Source of the DNA: Tortispora ganteri
Lineage: Eukaryota
Length of the DNA stretch: 64,000 bases
Direction: 5' to 3'
NCBI GenBank assembly: GCA_003707115.1
Contig: PPNB01000003.1
Span: forward strand, 558,001 to 622,000
Shown here: positions 11,635-22,887 of the stretch, piece by piece
Layout: every line of letters begins with the position of its first letter
Numbering within the stretch: the stretch's first letter is position 1
Translations under genes and position numbers: made by a program
Notes under the pieces: model-generated
What the model was told of the DNA's origin: nothing
The model's database searches: none
Seen by the model: only the letters and a program-made list of their open reading frames with translations

Positions 11635-13485
11635 CTATTTGCCATCATGGTTTCCATTCGTTTTACTAACATCAGGAAATGGAAACGGAAATCCTTGTCC
11701 ACCAGTATTCGCTGAAGGAAACATAGGCATACCTGGCATACCGGGCATACCTGGCATACCTGGCATACCGGGCATTCCTGGCATTCCTGGCATTCCTGGC
11801 ATTCCGGGCATTCCGGGCATACCGGGCATACCGGGCATACCGCCTGATTGCCCTCCAGCGGGTATGTTCTGGTAAGCTACAGCTGCAGCGGCAGCTGGAT
11901 TGAACCTCTTGTTATTATCCGATTCAAACGTGGAACGAGGTCCCATCCGGCTAGAGTTCGTCGGCATACGTCTCGACATCGCTTTCGAGCTAACTCCCGA
12001 TCCAATCTCAATGTCGGGTTCTTCGATGGTAAGTCCTTCTTCAATGTTCCTGCCGCCTGATCCACCAAAATCAGCTTGCACGATCCACCGCAGATCAGCA
12101 TCCGTTAGACGTTCAATAGGAATAATAGACACCCCTGTCTGATAATCCGAACAATCGCGCGGCCCAAATCCTACTCCCCATTTTGTTCTAAGAGTCATGG
12201 ACCCATCGGTAAATGTCTCTAAATTATTTTTGGCAACTTCTGCCTCTGCTCTAGAATAAGCCTTAACAAATGCATGACGTTTATCCGTATTCATTATAAT
12301 ACTTTGTAGCTGAGCATATGGCGCAAAAATTCGACGCAGTGTGTCTTCAGTGACATTGTATGTGATTCCACCAACAAACAGGGTGCGTGAATATACCTTG
12401 ATGCATCCAGGTCGGATACTGCGATCAATAGACACATTTCTTGGTCGTGTAACAACTTCACCGTTCTCATCAATGGTGCTGCAAGTGGTAGAAGGGTCTC
12501 CAGGGGGTTGAGAGCCTCCTACAGGAGAGCGCGATCTTCTGTTGCTATTTCCCGCAGCAGAATGTCCTGTTGGAGATCTTGAACGGTTCCTTCCTGTGTT
12601 GCTAGACCCATTATCACGGCCACGATTATCCTGACTATTCTGCTGCCACGGAAATGGCCCTCCATTAGGCGCAGCACCTGCGCCTGTAGGACCTTGATTG
12701 TTGGTGAATTGCTGCATCATCTGCATCATCTGAGCAGGATTCATTCCTTGAGCCATCATCATTTGCATAAAGGCCATTGGATTAGCTGCATTTACGGCTC
12801 CAGTGGTCTGCTGCGCAGGTGGAAATCCAGGTAGGTTAGGCAACGGTTCAGATTTGGCAGGTTCAGAGGTCTTTTGGTCACTAGTGGCACTGGACTCGTT
12901 CGCTAAGACAGGAGATTGGGTGGCCTGTGGCTGTTTGGAGATGTTGGCGAGCGCTTGTAGAATGGCAGCAGTGTTAGGCTGATCAGAACCTGATGTAGAA
13001 CTAACTGGAGGATTACCTGGTGGTGTAGTAGAGCCAGCAGATTTATAGACTATGTTTCTTAAATTGGATAAAACATCAGGTGAAAATGTAGAAGCTCGTT
13101 CCCAGATATCAATTACCTTCTTAAACTTCTCAGATTGATCAGCAGGAGCTTTAGAAATTATATCTTCCATTAGGGAAACTATTTTAGAGGAGAGACTATT
13201 TAGGGCTTCTAAAGATTGGTTTGCCTCAGTTTCAGAATCAGATTTTTTGGATTCCTCCTTGTAGCCTCTAGCGACGGCGTCAATCACATATAGCACACCC
13301 AGTTTATGCGAGCCAGGTGTTTTTCTAGTATGAGAGTCAAGAATGTCTACTAGACGAGTGCCTGATGAAGGGTTGGAGACAGCTAATTCGGTCAGGCGCT
13401 TTATTTTGGACCCAGAAACTCCGGGTGGTTTAGCTTCTAACAACTGATTAAGTAAAGCTTCGAATTCACTTGCTGGAGATGCCAT
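11635..13485 (-). CDS. NRD1: RNA-binding termination factor Nrd1/Seb1 (CID + RRM)
   Basis: N-terminal CID ([22 protein letters not shown]), RS-rich linker and split RRM ([12 protein letters not shown]...RHAFVK...[14 protein letters not shown]). Confidence 0.93.
   Translation of the reverse strand: MASPASEFEALLNQLLEAKPPGVSGSKIKRLTELAVSNPSSGTRLVDILDSHTRKTPGSHKLGVLYVIDAVARGYKEESKKSDSETEANQSLEALNSLSSKIVSLMEDIISKAPADQSEKFKKVIDIWERASTFSPDVLSNLRNIVYKSAGSTTPPGNPPVSSTSGSDQPNTAAILQALANISKQPQATQSPVLANESSATSDQKTSEPAKSEPLPNLPGFPPAQQTTGAVNAANPMAFMQMMMAQGMNPAQMMQMMQQFTNNQGPTGAGAAPNGGPFPWQQNSQDNRGRDNGSSNTGRNRSRSPTGHSAAGNSNRRSRSPVGGSQPPGDPSTTCSTIDENGEVVTRPRNVSIDRSIRPGCIKVYSRTLFVGGITYNVTEDTLRRIFAPYAQLQSIIMNTDKRHAFVKAYSRAEAEVAKNNLETFTDGSMTLRTKWGVGFGPRDCSDYQTGVSIIPIERLTDADLRWIVQADFGGSGGRNIEEGLTIEEPDIEIGSGVSSKAMSRRMPTNSSRMGPRSTFESDNNKRFNPAAAAAVAYQNIPAGGQSGGMPGMPGMPGMPGMPGMPGMPGMPGMPGMPGMPGMPGMPMFPSANTGGQGFPFPFPDVSKTNGNHDGK
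11726..11842 (-). repeat. Coding 9-bp minisatellite, 13 copies, encoding (Gly-Met-Pro)13
   Basis: Tandem ggcataccg/ggcatacct/ggcattcct units on the + strand, varying only at synonymous positions. Confidence 0.95.
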
Positions 13486-15052
13486 GACGACGGTTTGCTT
13501 TATTTATTTCTCTTCGTTGATTTGATTTGAGGGCTCCTTCTAGTATTTGTTATGAGATGAATATTCGCGGTGTACTAGAAAATAAAATTTCTGATAGTAT
13601 TCTTTAAAAGCTGTATACAGAATTTTATCCAGAGTTGAAAACTATTATAGAAGAGCGAACACGTACTTCTGTGATTGTTGATAACAGAGAGTTATGTTCA
13701 CTTTTCTTTCGTGTTTTTTGTCCGTAGAATAGTCGGTGCGTCCTTGTTCTACAGTTAAAATAAGGATGCAGCAGCCTATACTTTCTGTTGAGATCAGAAG
13801 AACTTCGATATGAGTTAAGTTCTATACAAAAAACTCTGGCTACTCTTATTTAGCGTTATTATATATTCGTAATAGAGAACACGTATTAGCTCTATGTCTG
13901 AATAATACAACGCCTCTTTCGATAATTGAAATTAAGAAAAGGGGCTTATAAAGATAATGGTGATAGGTATATTGAAAAGTAAAACAACAGCCAGTCAAAA
14001 TCAAGTAGTAGTTATTAAAGGACTTTAATACTCAGTTAGCGAAAAATGGAAAATAACACGAAAATCTTACAAATCCTAGAATTCCTCAAAATTCTTCAAA
14101 ACTTGCGATATTACGTGTAAAAAAATTTTCCTTTCGTTCTGTTATAAATATTACAAGCACCAGTTCAAAAGAATAACCGACTTATAGTATGAGTCTACTT
14201 AATTGAAGCTATTATTATTTAAGAGGCAAAAATATAAGAAAAATATACGAGTATGTAGAGGTAAAAGCTACGTTGGGAAAGAGTGGGTATGCACAAATAT
14301 TTAAGGGGTGTTTGCCTTGTGGGGGGGTTGCTATGCGGAGTGTGCCAGAAGCTATTAGCATAGGCACTAATCAGGCAGATATTTATCAGGAGTTTACGTA
14401 AATGTGTCCAATTTGAACCTCATGTTCAAATTGTAGTGTATGCCGATTCTGACGAGTTGTTTACATTATTATTTAGGACATTGAAGCTGAACCTTTGCGT
14501 TTTATTAAATATAGCTATTTGTATACAACTAGTGTGTATGTGTACAGCGATCGATCGCAAGTTTTAGAAGCATAATTCGTCCAAGGAACTAGCTCTACAG
14601 TCGCCGCTCCAGAATAACTAATATTCTGGTGACAATCATATGCCAATAATAAAAGCATTCAGTCGACTTTACTATAAGGACACTGCGAACATGTCTAGCG
14701 GTAACAAGTTGCGTTATATCACAAGAACACGAACATTGATCTCAATAGTTGCAACATAATAGAGTTTCCTAATCAACCTAATTGCAGGACGAAGTTGGGC
14801 TGCTTAATTTACTGTGATTGGCTGAGTTTTTCATTTCGGAGGCCCGCGGCTGTGTAGAGTTTGGTTTTATCCCGGATTGTCCTAATAAAGTATAGACCTA
14901 AGGAGAAACCGATGAACCGAGCGAAAAGAAACCCCAGGTCCCAGAAAGAAAGCCTAATACTTAAGTTCATCCTTCAAGTTTCCCCAGACGTTTTCTTCTT
15001 ACTTGCTTTCTCCTTTAACCCACTCTGTCAGTTTCAGTGAGCAAACACAAAG

Positions 15053-16974
15053 ATGCAATCAATTACTTGTACTCGTATCATCGGCAAGGCTGCTCGCTCT
15101 AGAGCTCCTCGTCTTGTGAAGAATTATTCTTCAAAGGAACCTGTAAGTACTTTCTCCTAATCCATCCGGAGTCGGTTCATCGTCTTTTGGACCGCTGCGC
15201 TTCTCAACTTTCAATCAACATCCGGGCGTCTTGCATTCAGGCGCTATGGTTGCTCGCACCATACCTATCGTCTTTTCTTCCCCGTATATTGGACTATTGT
15301 TCGATCACAACACTTTTCTGCTTTTGCCTGAGTGTTCCGGCGTACGCTTCTCTTTCTTTCACATCCGAGACCCTCTTGGACACCTAACTTCCTCGAGCTA
15401 TATACCTTCATCCCTATCCATTGGGTGGCTTCTTATTAATAAAATGATCGCAATTGCCGACTTCGAAACTACTTCGCTGATATATTTCCGTTGCTTTTGT
15501 CAGGAGCTTGCTTAAGGGCTTCGCGCGCAAAAGCTAACTCTGCACTATGGCCCGGACATTTCGGCTTCTATCCAAACCCAAGTATACATAGCCGGATGCG
15601 AACAATGGGAAGATTGGTGTTTTTTTCAGACTATCGAACACACAATGCTAACTTCAACCTTAGACTTTGAAAGAAAGATTCACCGAATTGTACCCTGGTA
15701 TGGCAGAAAAAGTCAAGAAACTTCGTTCTGAGTACGGTGACCGCTCTCTTGGCGAAGTTACCTTGGCTCAGGCTTACGGTGGTATGCGCGGTATTAAAGG
15801 CCTTGTATGGGAAGGTTCAGTCCTTGACCCCGAAGAAGGTATTAGATTCCGTGGACAGACCATTCCCGAAATTCAAAAATCGCTTCCTTCTGCTCCCGAG
15901 GAGAACGCTTCTGAGCCTCTTCCTGAGGCATTGTTCTGGTTGCTTTTGACCGGCGAGGTTCCGACTGCCACCCAGGTTGCTGAATTGTCAAAGGAACTTG
16001 CTGCTCGTTCTGAGCTCCCTGCTCATGTCAAAGACTTGATTGATAGATCCCCCAGCCACCTTCATCCCATGGCCCAGTTCTCTATTGCCATCAATGCCCT
16101 CGAGAGTGAATCTTCGTTTGCTAAGGCTTATGAGCGCGGTGTCAATAAGAAGGAGTACTGGAACTATACTTTTGAGGACAGTTTAGACTTGATCGCCCGT
16201 CTTCCTAACATTGCTGCCCGTATTTACCGTAACATCTTCAAGGATGGCAAAGTTGCTCCTACTGACAGCAACAAGGACTGGTCTTATAACCTTGCTAACA
16301 AGCTCGGATATGCCGACAACCAGGAGTTTGTTGAGCTTATGAGACTTTATATGACCATTCACTCTGATCACGAAGGTGGTAATGTTTCTGCCCACACCAC
16401 TCATTTGGTTGGTTCAGCTTTGTCTTCTCCTTATCTTTCATTTGCAGCTGGTCTTAACGGTCTTGCTGGACCCCTTCATGGACGTGCTAACCAGGAAGTA
16501 TTGGAGTGGATCTTCAAGCTAAGGGATGATATTGGAGTCGCACCCACCAACGAACAACTCGAAAAGTACTTGTGGGATACGTTGAACTCCGGTAGAGTTG
16601 TTCCTGGGTACGGACATGCCGTTTTGAGAAAGACCGATCCTCGATACACTGCCCAGAGAGAGTTTGCTCTCAAGCATCTTCCCAATTATGACTTGTTCAA
16701 GCTTGTTGCCCAGATTTACGAAATTGCTCCTAAGGTGCTTACTGAGCACGGAAAGACCAAGAACCCCTGGCCTAATGTGGACTCTCACTCTGGTGTCTTG
16801 CTTCAATACTATGGTTTGACTGAACAGTCCTTTTACACTGTATTGTTCGGTGTCTCGCGTGCCCTTGGTGTTCTTCCTCAGCTGATCATCGATCGTGCTG
16901 TTGGACTCCCTATTGAACGTCCTAAGTCTTTCTCCACTGAGAAGTATGCTGCCTTGGTCGGAGCTAAGCTCTAA
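15053..16974 (+). CDS. CIT1: Citrate synthase; exon 1 15053-15142, intron 15143-15663, exon 2 15664-16974
   Basis: Catalytic motifs [23 protein letters not shown] and PNVD. Exon 1 encodes an Arg-rich presequence [30 protein letters not shown]. Donor GTAAGT, branch TGCTAAC (15646-15652), acceptor TAG; the phase-0 join is in frame. C-terminus AKL. Confidence 0.95.
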
Positions 16975-17256
16975 GATATTTAACCTCTTATATCATTTTT
17001 CCCCCTATATCGCGTTATTCAATAACCTCTTTGGCATTGACCCCAGGTATTTATTTTCTTAGAAAAAGAGGGGTCAAAAGCCTACTAAAGTATTTAAATA
17101 GATCACTAGCCGACCATCGGAGAACTGTCCGGGGTAACTACACCGGCCTCTATTAGAGGGATGGTGGGTGCAAGCGGCTCTTACCTAACTACAGGCAACG
17201 CCATAATTTACACTATTCCTTTCTGCTGCTGTACGGCAACCTATTCATAAATTCTC

Positions 17257-17553
17257 ATGTTAAAATCAGTGTCAAAAGATCGTATAAAAGAACTGAAAGA
17301 AAAAGCCAGCAAGATATTCGAGTTTGCTGTAGTGGACAATAATGCGAGACGAGGTACTAAAATTTTAAGGAAACGACTGCTCGGGCCGGCCGTTCGAAGT
17401 TACTATCCACCAAAACCTGCTTTCACGCAAAAACAGCTGCAAAGCTCATTTCCGGCGCTTGACATGATGCATCCAAAGGAGAAGTACAGACTTGAAAGAG
17501 TGGAAATGCTACGAAAGCGAGGTAAAGGTGCTCCTAAAAAGAAAAAAGAATAG
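17257..17553 (+). CDS. RSM27: Mitochondrial small ribosomal subunit protein mS33
   Basis: Small basic protein with KIF...R.G.KILRKRL.GP...YYP and a C-terminal RKRGKGAPKK. Confidence 0.85.
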   Translation: MLKSVSKDRIKELKEKASKIFEFAVVDNNARRGTKILRKRLLGPAVRSYYPPKPAFTQKQLQSSFPALDMMHPKEKYRLERVEMLRKRGKGAPKKKKE

Positions 17554-17737
17554 TCTTATCGATCGATGTCACGAACTTACGAATAACTACGCACTTAAAA
17601 GATTGTCATATATTATTTATTATATTATAGTTTCCCTGCCTATATAAGAAGCACATAAGAACTCAAATAATGAAAAAGATAATTAATGCTAGGAATCCTG
17701 CCTAACTGATGGGGATACTGGTGAAGCATAAACCACG

Positions 17738-18328
17738 CTATTCTTGGACTAAGAAATCTTCAAGGTGAATCTCGCCAAAAGTGTTCTCGCCAGAGTACGT
17801 CATGTAAAGAAATCCATCTTTATCTTTATGCTCATCATAAATTGAGTTCATAAGTGCAGCAGTAGGTGGTAGCATATCGTTGACAAAAATGAATATAGCC
17901 TTGTCGGAAGGAAGCTTGATTCGTCGTCTAACGACGTAAACAAATTGACCAACGGTAAGGTCACCTGGCACTAAATATTTCTTCTTATCTATAGCCGCGA
18001 TGTCTGATTTCTCAGCGCGTTCGCAAATAACAGGAATACGGTCGATGTATTTAGTCAGGATTCTGTCGGCTTCAGCCTTACGCTTATCTATTAGATATAG
18101 TTAGTAATAGGTTCGTTCAAAACTGTGGCGCGTAGGACATAAAGGAATTAATTACTTGAACACATTTCTCGTTTCTCATATGATCAATATAAAACAAATT
18201 CCATATCGATGAGGTGTGCACCTAAAAATAATGTCGCAGTTAATGAAAGAGAATTTCGTTTACGCCCTATGCCGCCACCTGATAAACAACTTACTGAAAG
18301 GATGATCAGATTTAAACTTGGATCGCAT
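17738..18328 (-). CDS. ATG8: Autophagy ubiquitin-like protein Atg8; exon 1 18328-18295, intron 18294-18088, exon 2 18087-17738
   Basis: Spliced product [34 protein letters not shown]...[15 protein letters not shown]...YSGENTFG plus a cleavable tail. GTAAGT donor, TACTAAC branch (18106-18100), TAG acceptor. Confidence 0.95.
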
Positions 18329-18652
18329 GGTCAAATCAAAAGAATTGTTAAGCTAGGTAATAAAAGCAGAAGATACTGTTCAATTAGATGATGTTTCTTA
18401 AACGATTAAGCCACAAATCCAGATAAAAAGAGGAATATCTTAACCTCTCCTTTTCGAATCAATGGAATATACGTGATGGTGAAACAAAGGATAAGCACAT
18501 ACCTTACTGGCGGCTTATTACTCCTTTTTGCCCCACCTTCATCCCAATTCGCCGCCATTGGTTACCATGACAATACACATTTACGCGACTACAAAGCAGC
18601 TGATATTATCGGTCATAAATGTGAATAAAAAAATAGTCTCTGTCCCGCATCC

Positions 18653-19087
18653 TTACTCTAACATGTCTAGCCTTTGTACTCTAGCAAGTGTGTTTGGTTT
18701 TGATGTTTCCTCTATCTCTCCGGCAATGAACAATTCATCTAATACGGCGTACACTTTGTAAAAATTGAAAACGAGATCCAGCTCGCAGACATTGTCGAAA
18801 TAGTCGTCTAATATCTCAACGAAATTATGAATTGCCTCTAGATATACCAATTCATTGTCATAGTTGTCAACGCACACGCAAAAATAAAGACCTGCGTATC
18901 TTCTGTAAACGATCTTTTTACCCCTAAAATCGGCAAAGTTCGATTGATGACGTCCGTCCCGCGTGCTCACAATTCTATGAATTTCACTCTTAATACCACT
19001 CTCCTCTTGTTTCGTGTATGCCGAAAAGAACCGCGCCAATCGCGTTTTACCCTGTCGATTCTGTATTAGTATAAACTGCAATGCCAT
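18653..19087 (-). CDS. APS2: AP-2 adaptor complex sigma subunit
   Basis: FILIQNRQGKTRL, VYRRYAGLYF and FDNVCELDLVFNFYKVY; ATG at 19087. Confidence 0.9.
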   Translation of the reverse strand: MALQFILIQNRQGKTRLARFFSAYTKQEESGIKSEIHRIVSTRDGRHQSNFADFRGKKIVYRRYAGLYFCVCVDNYDNELVYLEAIHNFVEILDDYFDNVCELDLVFNFYKVYAVLDELFIAGEIEETSKPNTLARVQRLDMLE

Positions 19088-19273
19088 ATCCACATTCAGT
19101 TGTCCTCTTTATATTTGCAATATAGCGTGAAAGGTCAGCGACTGCAAATTAACGTCGCTTCGGGTTTTTAGCCCCACAACCACTATTCCTGCTCAACATC
19201 TCTGATTGGCTAACTTTTTTTGAAGCAAATCATCGCCGCACTCTTTGCCCAGCTCCAACTTAAATCAACCTGC

Positions 19274-19280
19274 TTACTAA
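19274..19280 (+). promoter_or_regulatory. Yap response element TTACTAA in the YAP1 promoter
   Basis: Exact consensus about 200 bp upstream of the ATG. Confidence 0.4.
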
Positions 19281-19475
19281 TAACTCTTCCGCAGCTTCCT
19301 AACTCACTTTTGTGGCCATTATTACCATTCACAAGGATTTTCTGAAGGAAATTTTATTGTCTATATCTCATTGTATTTTTTTTTAATAATCTATTATATA
19401 CTTAAATATTTGTTTACCAAATACTCTGCTAGCTTCGCATTGACCTACTACTGATACCCAAATACACGCCACGAA

Positions 19476-20771
19476 ATGACTTCTGACGCCCCCTTCAATT
19501 TCTCTGACGAAGCTTTCTTCGAGCAGCTGCCAAGCGCTTTCAGTTTCATGGAGAGCGATCTCTTACAACAAGCACCAACAAGTGTAGATATGCCTTCTTC
19601 TGAAATTATTTCACCGGTCAAGCCTCCTAGTGATCTTCCTGAACTTTTTTATTCTTCCACTTCCCCTTCGTCTCAGGATTCCGATCATTCGGATGTCACT
19701 CACAAGCGAAAAGACTCTGATCTAATAGGATCGAAAGTAACTGAGTATAGTGGTTCAGTTCGTTCTAAAAGAAAAGTTCATTCGAAACAAGATAATGAAA
19801 TATCCAAAGGAGCCCTTTCTGGTGACAGTGCTTCCAATACTGCTATTGACCCAGAAAGTAAGCGCAAGTCTCAAAACAGAGCTGCGCAGCGTGCATTTCG
19901 TGAACGCAAAGAGCAACGACTTAAGGAATTAAATGCTCGCGTTGAACAGCTTGAAGAATCTTCGAAAGAGGTGAATGCAGAAAACTCGTTTCTCAAAACT
20001 CAAATAGCGCGCCTGCAAGAAGAAGTAGCCGCTTATCGCAAGCGAACAATAGCCCTTATGCAAGGGAAATCTACTCTTAGCTCTAGTACCTCTACCCCAT
20101 CTTCTATTGCTGACTCTGCTAATGATGCACGGTTCACGTTTGAATTTCCTTTTTACCAAAAAAAGTCACCAACCACTCGATCTGATCACGAGTCACAAGG
20201 AAGCCCTGCATCAACCACTAAATCACAGAATGTCAATTCTAGTGATAATCTAAGCCCCGAAAGCGTTTCGGATTTCTCTGCTCTATTTAGTCCAGCATCT
20301 ATGACATCTTCTTCCAGTGTCGAGCCAACTATGTCTGAGCTCTCCTTACCTGCTCATCCTGTACAATCCACAACTGAAAAGGTGTCAAGGAATGAGACAG
20401 GTAATGAGAAAGGCGACTTTTGCTCTAAATTGAATGAAGCTTGTGGCAATTGCGATCAACCTGTCCCGAAGACCTCCTCCAATTTGCCTCCTTCCGCATA
20501 TGCAGGGTTTCAATATTATCGCGATCCTCTTTTTAGCTTTGATGCAGATGATTACGCCGATTTTGATACCGAAACTGTCGTCCCAGCAGATGAACCTGGA
20601 CTGAATTGCGGCGAACTGTGGGGAATGATTACCTCGCACCCGAGGTTTGATGAGTTCGATATTGATGGTCTTTGTAAGGAACTACAAACTAAAGCAAAAT
20701 GCAGTGAAAAGGGTGTCGTTATTGCTGGATCAGATGTTGAGAAGACTTTGGCTGCTGCTCTATATAAATAG
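19476..20771 (+). CDS. YAP1: AP-1-like bZIP oxidative stress transcription factor
   Basis: Basic region KRKSQNRAAQRAFRERK with leucine zipper, n-CRD FCSKLNEACG and c-CRD C..LW..I.SHP.F...DIDGLCKELQTKAKCSE. Confidence 0.92.
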   Translation: MTSDAPFNFSDEAFFEQLPSAFSFMESDLLQQAPTSVDMPSSEIISPVKPPSDLPELFYSSTSPSSQDSDHSDVTHKRKDSDLIGSKVTEYSGSVRSKRKVHSKQDNEISKGALSGDSASNTAIDPESKRKSQNRAAQRAFRERKEQRLKELNARVEQLEESSKEVNAENSFLKTQIARLQEEVAAYRKRTIALMQGKSTLSSSTSTPSSIADSANDARFTFEFPFYQKKSPTTRSDHESQGSPASTTKSQNVNSSDNLSPESVSDFSALFSPASMTSSSSVEPTMSELSLPAHPVQSTTEKVSRNETGNEKGDFCSKLNEACGNCDQPVPKTSSNLPPSAYAGFQYYRDPLFSFDADDYADFDTETVVPADEPGLNCGELWGMITSHPRFDEFDIDGLCKELQTKAKCSEKGVVIAGSDVEKTLAAALYK

Positions 20772-20996
20772 AAATTCTTGTTAATTTGCAGCCAAGTTAC
20801 TAATGGATTTCGCATTAACCAAAATTACTAGAATGGACTCGGGGAAGCCGGCGGATTACATGCTTTCCCTATAATAGATATGCGTTATGTATACGATTAT
20901 AACTATATCAATAGAAACGTTAAGTGTCATTAGAGCAAAATTACATCGTTAGTGGTCCTCAGTATGTTTCCGCGGTATCAGACTTTACTGATACAC

Positions 20997-22049
20997 TTAG
21001 ATTTGAGTACTTTGAGAAGCTGAAATTCTTTCACGGGCTCTCAATAACAATTCATTGACACGATCAGAATCTTGTCGAACCACATCAATAAGATAAGCAA
21101 GAGCAGCTTGTTCATCTCGTAAAATTTTCACGCCATTGTCTAGTTGCTCGTCATTTTCTGACAATCCAAGAGCTCCGGAAGTAGTTTGTGAAGAATCCAG
21201 CGTTCTGGTACGCTCCCGTAACACAGACATCCGAGCCCAAGCTTCATTTCTTCGTCCAAAAACGGCCGGATCTTCGACTTGCTTGAGGAGTTCTTGCAAC
21301 TTTACTCTTAATCTTTCCTCATCCGGTCTCAGGCTGAACCCATGAGATTTAGCTACTTGTACCTTAATCGCAAGTCTCAGCGTTCTGTGGGTGAGTGCTT
21401 GCAAGCGCACCGACACGTCGCGGGCTTGTGCTGTGGAATGTAAATCATGCCTCGAAGATAATTGACTCAGTCTATCATTAATTTCATGCATTCTAGCACG
21501 ATATGCCATTACTTGCTTCTCTTGCAAGGCAGCGCGTTTAGCTACGTCATCGAAACCAACTGCGAGAACAGGCACCGACTGGTTGTCTGGTCTCTTCGCC
21601 AAAGCTGCTTCCCATCCCGCATCAGATGCTCGATCAGGCTTGCCGTATAAAGACACTTGTTCTGCAGGTACACGATTATAAAAGAAGTACTGAAATCCAC
21701 ATTCAGGAGACGATGGGTCCCATGAGTTCTTCAAACGAGTCAGCTGTGAAGGAATCGAAGACACACTGGGAGCAGGGCCATCAGATCTCCGTGTGGCTCC
21801 AAGTTCGCTACCAAAACGGCCACTTCTAACAGTCGACGGTGTCGCCAACCCCTGGTATAGCGACTGATTGTATAATTTTTTAGAGTCTGAAGGTAATGAC
21901 CACGCGAATGATACTTGTTGTGTTACCGTTGGCTGTGTTTGTGGCATTTGTTGTTGTGGCTGCTGCTGTTGCTGAAAAGAAACATTTGGCTGATTTTGCT
22001 GATTTTGTTGGTTTTGTTGATTTTGTTGATTTTGTTGAAAGAATGACAT
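20997..22049 (-). CDS. NUP57: Nup54/Nup57-family nucleoporin with a Q/N-rich N-terminus lacking FG repeats
   Basis: WDP.SP.C.FQYFFYN, W..AL...P....VPVLAVGF.D...R and C-terminal coiled coils typical of the Nup54 domain. Confidence 0.8.
   Translation of the reverse strand: MSFFQQNQQNQQNQQNQQNQPNVSFQQQQQPQQQMPQTQPTVTQQVSFAWSLPSDSKKLYNQSLYQGLATPSTVRSGRFGSELGATRRSDGPAPSVSSIPSQLTRLKNSWDPSSPECGFQYFFYNRVPAEQVSLYGKPDRASDAGWEAALAKRPDNQSVPVLAVGFDDVAKRAALQEKQVMAYRARMHEINDRLSQLSSRHDLHSTAQARDVSVRLQALTHRTLRLAIKVQVAKSHGFSLRPDEERLRVKLQELLKQVEDPAVFGRRNEAWARMSVLRERTRTLDSSQTTSGALGLSENDEQLDNGVKILRDEQAALAYLIDVVRQDSDRVNELLLRARERISASQSTQI
21950..22037 (-). repeat. Coding Q/N microsatellite ((QQN)n and polyQ)
   Basis: Repeated gattttgtt/gattttgct units and tgc/tgt triplets on the + strand. 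Confidence 0.8.
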
Positions 22050-22291
22050 TTTGCTTTCCTTCAGAATTTAAGCGATAAATTACAGGTAGTTATTTCGGTT
22101 ATTGTATACAAACAAAAAGTCTAGAAGGTTGTGCAAACAAGAGATAACCTCTGTTAGTATGATTATTACGCTTATGTGGTATGTAAATTACGGAAACCCA
22201 AAAACAAGATGGCTGTCATTGGTTGTCTTTCCATTCAAACTGCACATTCACCGCGATACGAAATCTGTCGCAATTTTTCTTGTAACAAACA

Positions 22292-22807
22292 ATGGTCAAC
22301 ATAAAAGAGCCTGTAGTCAACTATGGAATGGTCGTTGAACCGGCTCCTATGCCGCCACATATTCCCGAAGTGCCCGAGATCGGTGCTTCTTCGGCGCCCT
22401 TAATGAGTGCATCATTCTTTATTGGCGCAAGATGCCAACCATATGGGGACGATTATTTACTATGTAAGAAGGAGGCAAATGGACGTGGTGAATTAGACTG
22501 CCTCTCTGAAGGTAGACGTGTAACTAGATGTGCTATCTCTGTGCTGTCCGATATCAAGAAGCACTGTGCTAAGGAGTTTTTCACGCACTGGGACTGTCTC
22601 GATCGCAATGAACTCGAGTTTCGTAATTGCAGGCCTGCTGAAGCTATATTGAATTCATGCGTTTACAAAAATCTAGGCTTAGAAAAGAAGATTCCCGGCA
22701 CTGCTGAGGGCACTATTCCTATTCATCTGCGCGAAAAGTACATCTACAAGCCCTACCGCGAGGATCCAGCTTCGATCGCACTTGCCAAAGCCAAGGCTTC
22801 AGAGTAA
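22292..22807 (+). CDS. Complex I accessory subunit NUPM/NDUFA8 (CX9C motifs)
   Basis: EIGASSAPLMSASFFIGARC, four CX9C-like cysteine pairs and LGLEKKIPG. Confidence 0.9.
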   Translation: MVNIKEPVVNYGMVVEPAPMPPHIPEVPEIGASSAPLMSASFFIGARCQPYGDDYLLCKKEANGRGELDCLSEGRRVTRCAISVLSDIKKHCAKEFFTHWDCLDRNELEFRNCRPAEAILNSCVYKNLGLEKKIPGTAEGTIPIHLREKYIYKPYREDPASIALAKAKASE

Positions 22808-22887
22808 TTCCCGCTTTCTATGACCTAACTATACAGATTCTACTTTTCATTCTCTTTATTTTCATCCATACTTCGTACCCAACTGGT

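Noticed and set aside
11630..11875. + strand ORF with (GIP)n repeat, superficially collagen-like or CRISPR-like
   Set aside because: It is the reverse strand of the NRD1 GMP minisatellite; 9-bp tandem units with no spacers.
22151..22191. TACTAACAG on the minus strand upstream of NUP57, suggesting an intron
   Set aside because: No convincing donor at a usable distance, spacing differs from the other introns here, and the downstream sequence has stops, so it cannot add a coding exon.
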